Both the position numbers and the translations under genes were made by a program. The notes beneath the pieces are model-generated. The model had not been told where the DNA came from and did not search any database. It saw only the letters and a program-made list of their open reading frames with translations. From assembly GCA_026770705.1 (NCBI GenBank), contig JANJGN010000035.1, positions 8,928,001 to 8,992,000 of the forward strand: a stretch of 64,000 bases of DNA. The letters run 5' to 3'. The stretch comes from Isurus oxyrinchus. Taxonomy: Eukaryota. Of this stretch, positions 63,801 through 64,000 are shown one piece after another (position 1 is the stretch's first letter; every line of letters starts with the position of its first letter).

Positions 63801-64000
63801 AATTAACACACCCACACCGTCTACCCCACCCCCCCCCCCCCCGCCCATTTCCTACCTGACATTCTGAATAACACTCCGTGAGACCAATAAGCATGAATTG
63901 GCCTTCAGAATTTTGTTCTCAAACTTGGAGAATTGGAGGTCAGGAAGCCACGAGCACTTTTTACGGCACCAGCTGCAGTTAGACTGGAAAGATAAACGGT

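Noticed and set aside
1-64000. CRISPR arrays, operons, rRNA or genuine tRNA genes
   Set aside because: The DNA is eukaryotic and repeat-rich. No regular repeat-spacer array was seen, and the tRNA-like boxes belong to retroelement heads.

Overview
Eukaryotic DNA, almost certainly from a cartilaginous fish (elasmobranch-type repeat landscape), with one assembly gap (56790-56947). Most of the window is decayed mobile DNA: CR1 LINEs, a second single-ORF CR1/L2-group LINE ('LINE-B') and its short tRNA-headed derivatives, Penelope-like elements with hammerhead-like tails, Gmr1-type Gypsy LTR elements and DNA-transposon relics. I found no intact protein-coding gene. The main observation is in the non-repeat DNA between the transposons. 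From about 3.3 kb to 59.5 kb, hand translation across stops and frameshifts repeatedly recovers the same ~100-aa death-fold (CARD-like) module, always on the + strand and usually behind a canonical splice acceptor. There are roughly 25 units. From memory, they resemble the N-terminal domain of elasmobranch NLR receptors. No NACHT, LRR or caspase domain was found. This looks like a large, decayed poly-CARD gene or array that the ORF track does not reveal. All protein similarities are by eye, with no database search, and many boundaries are approximate. In translations, * is a stop codon and / is an inferred frameshift. 'Half A' and 'half B' are the first and second halves of the CARD-like unit.
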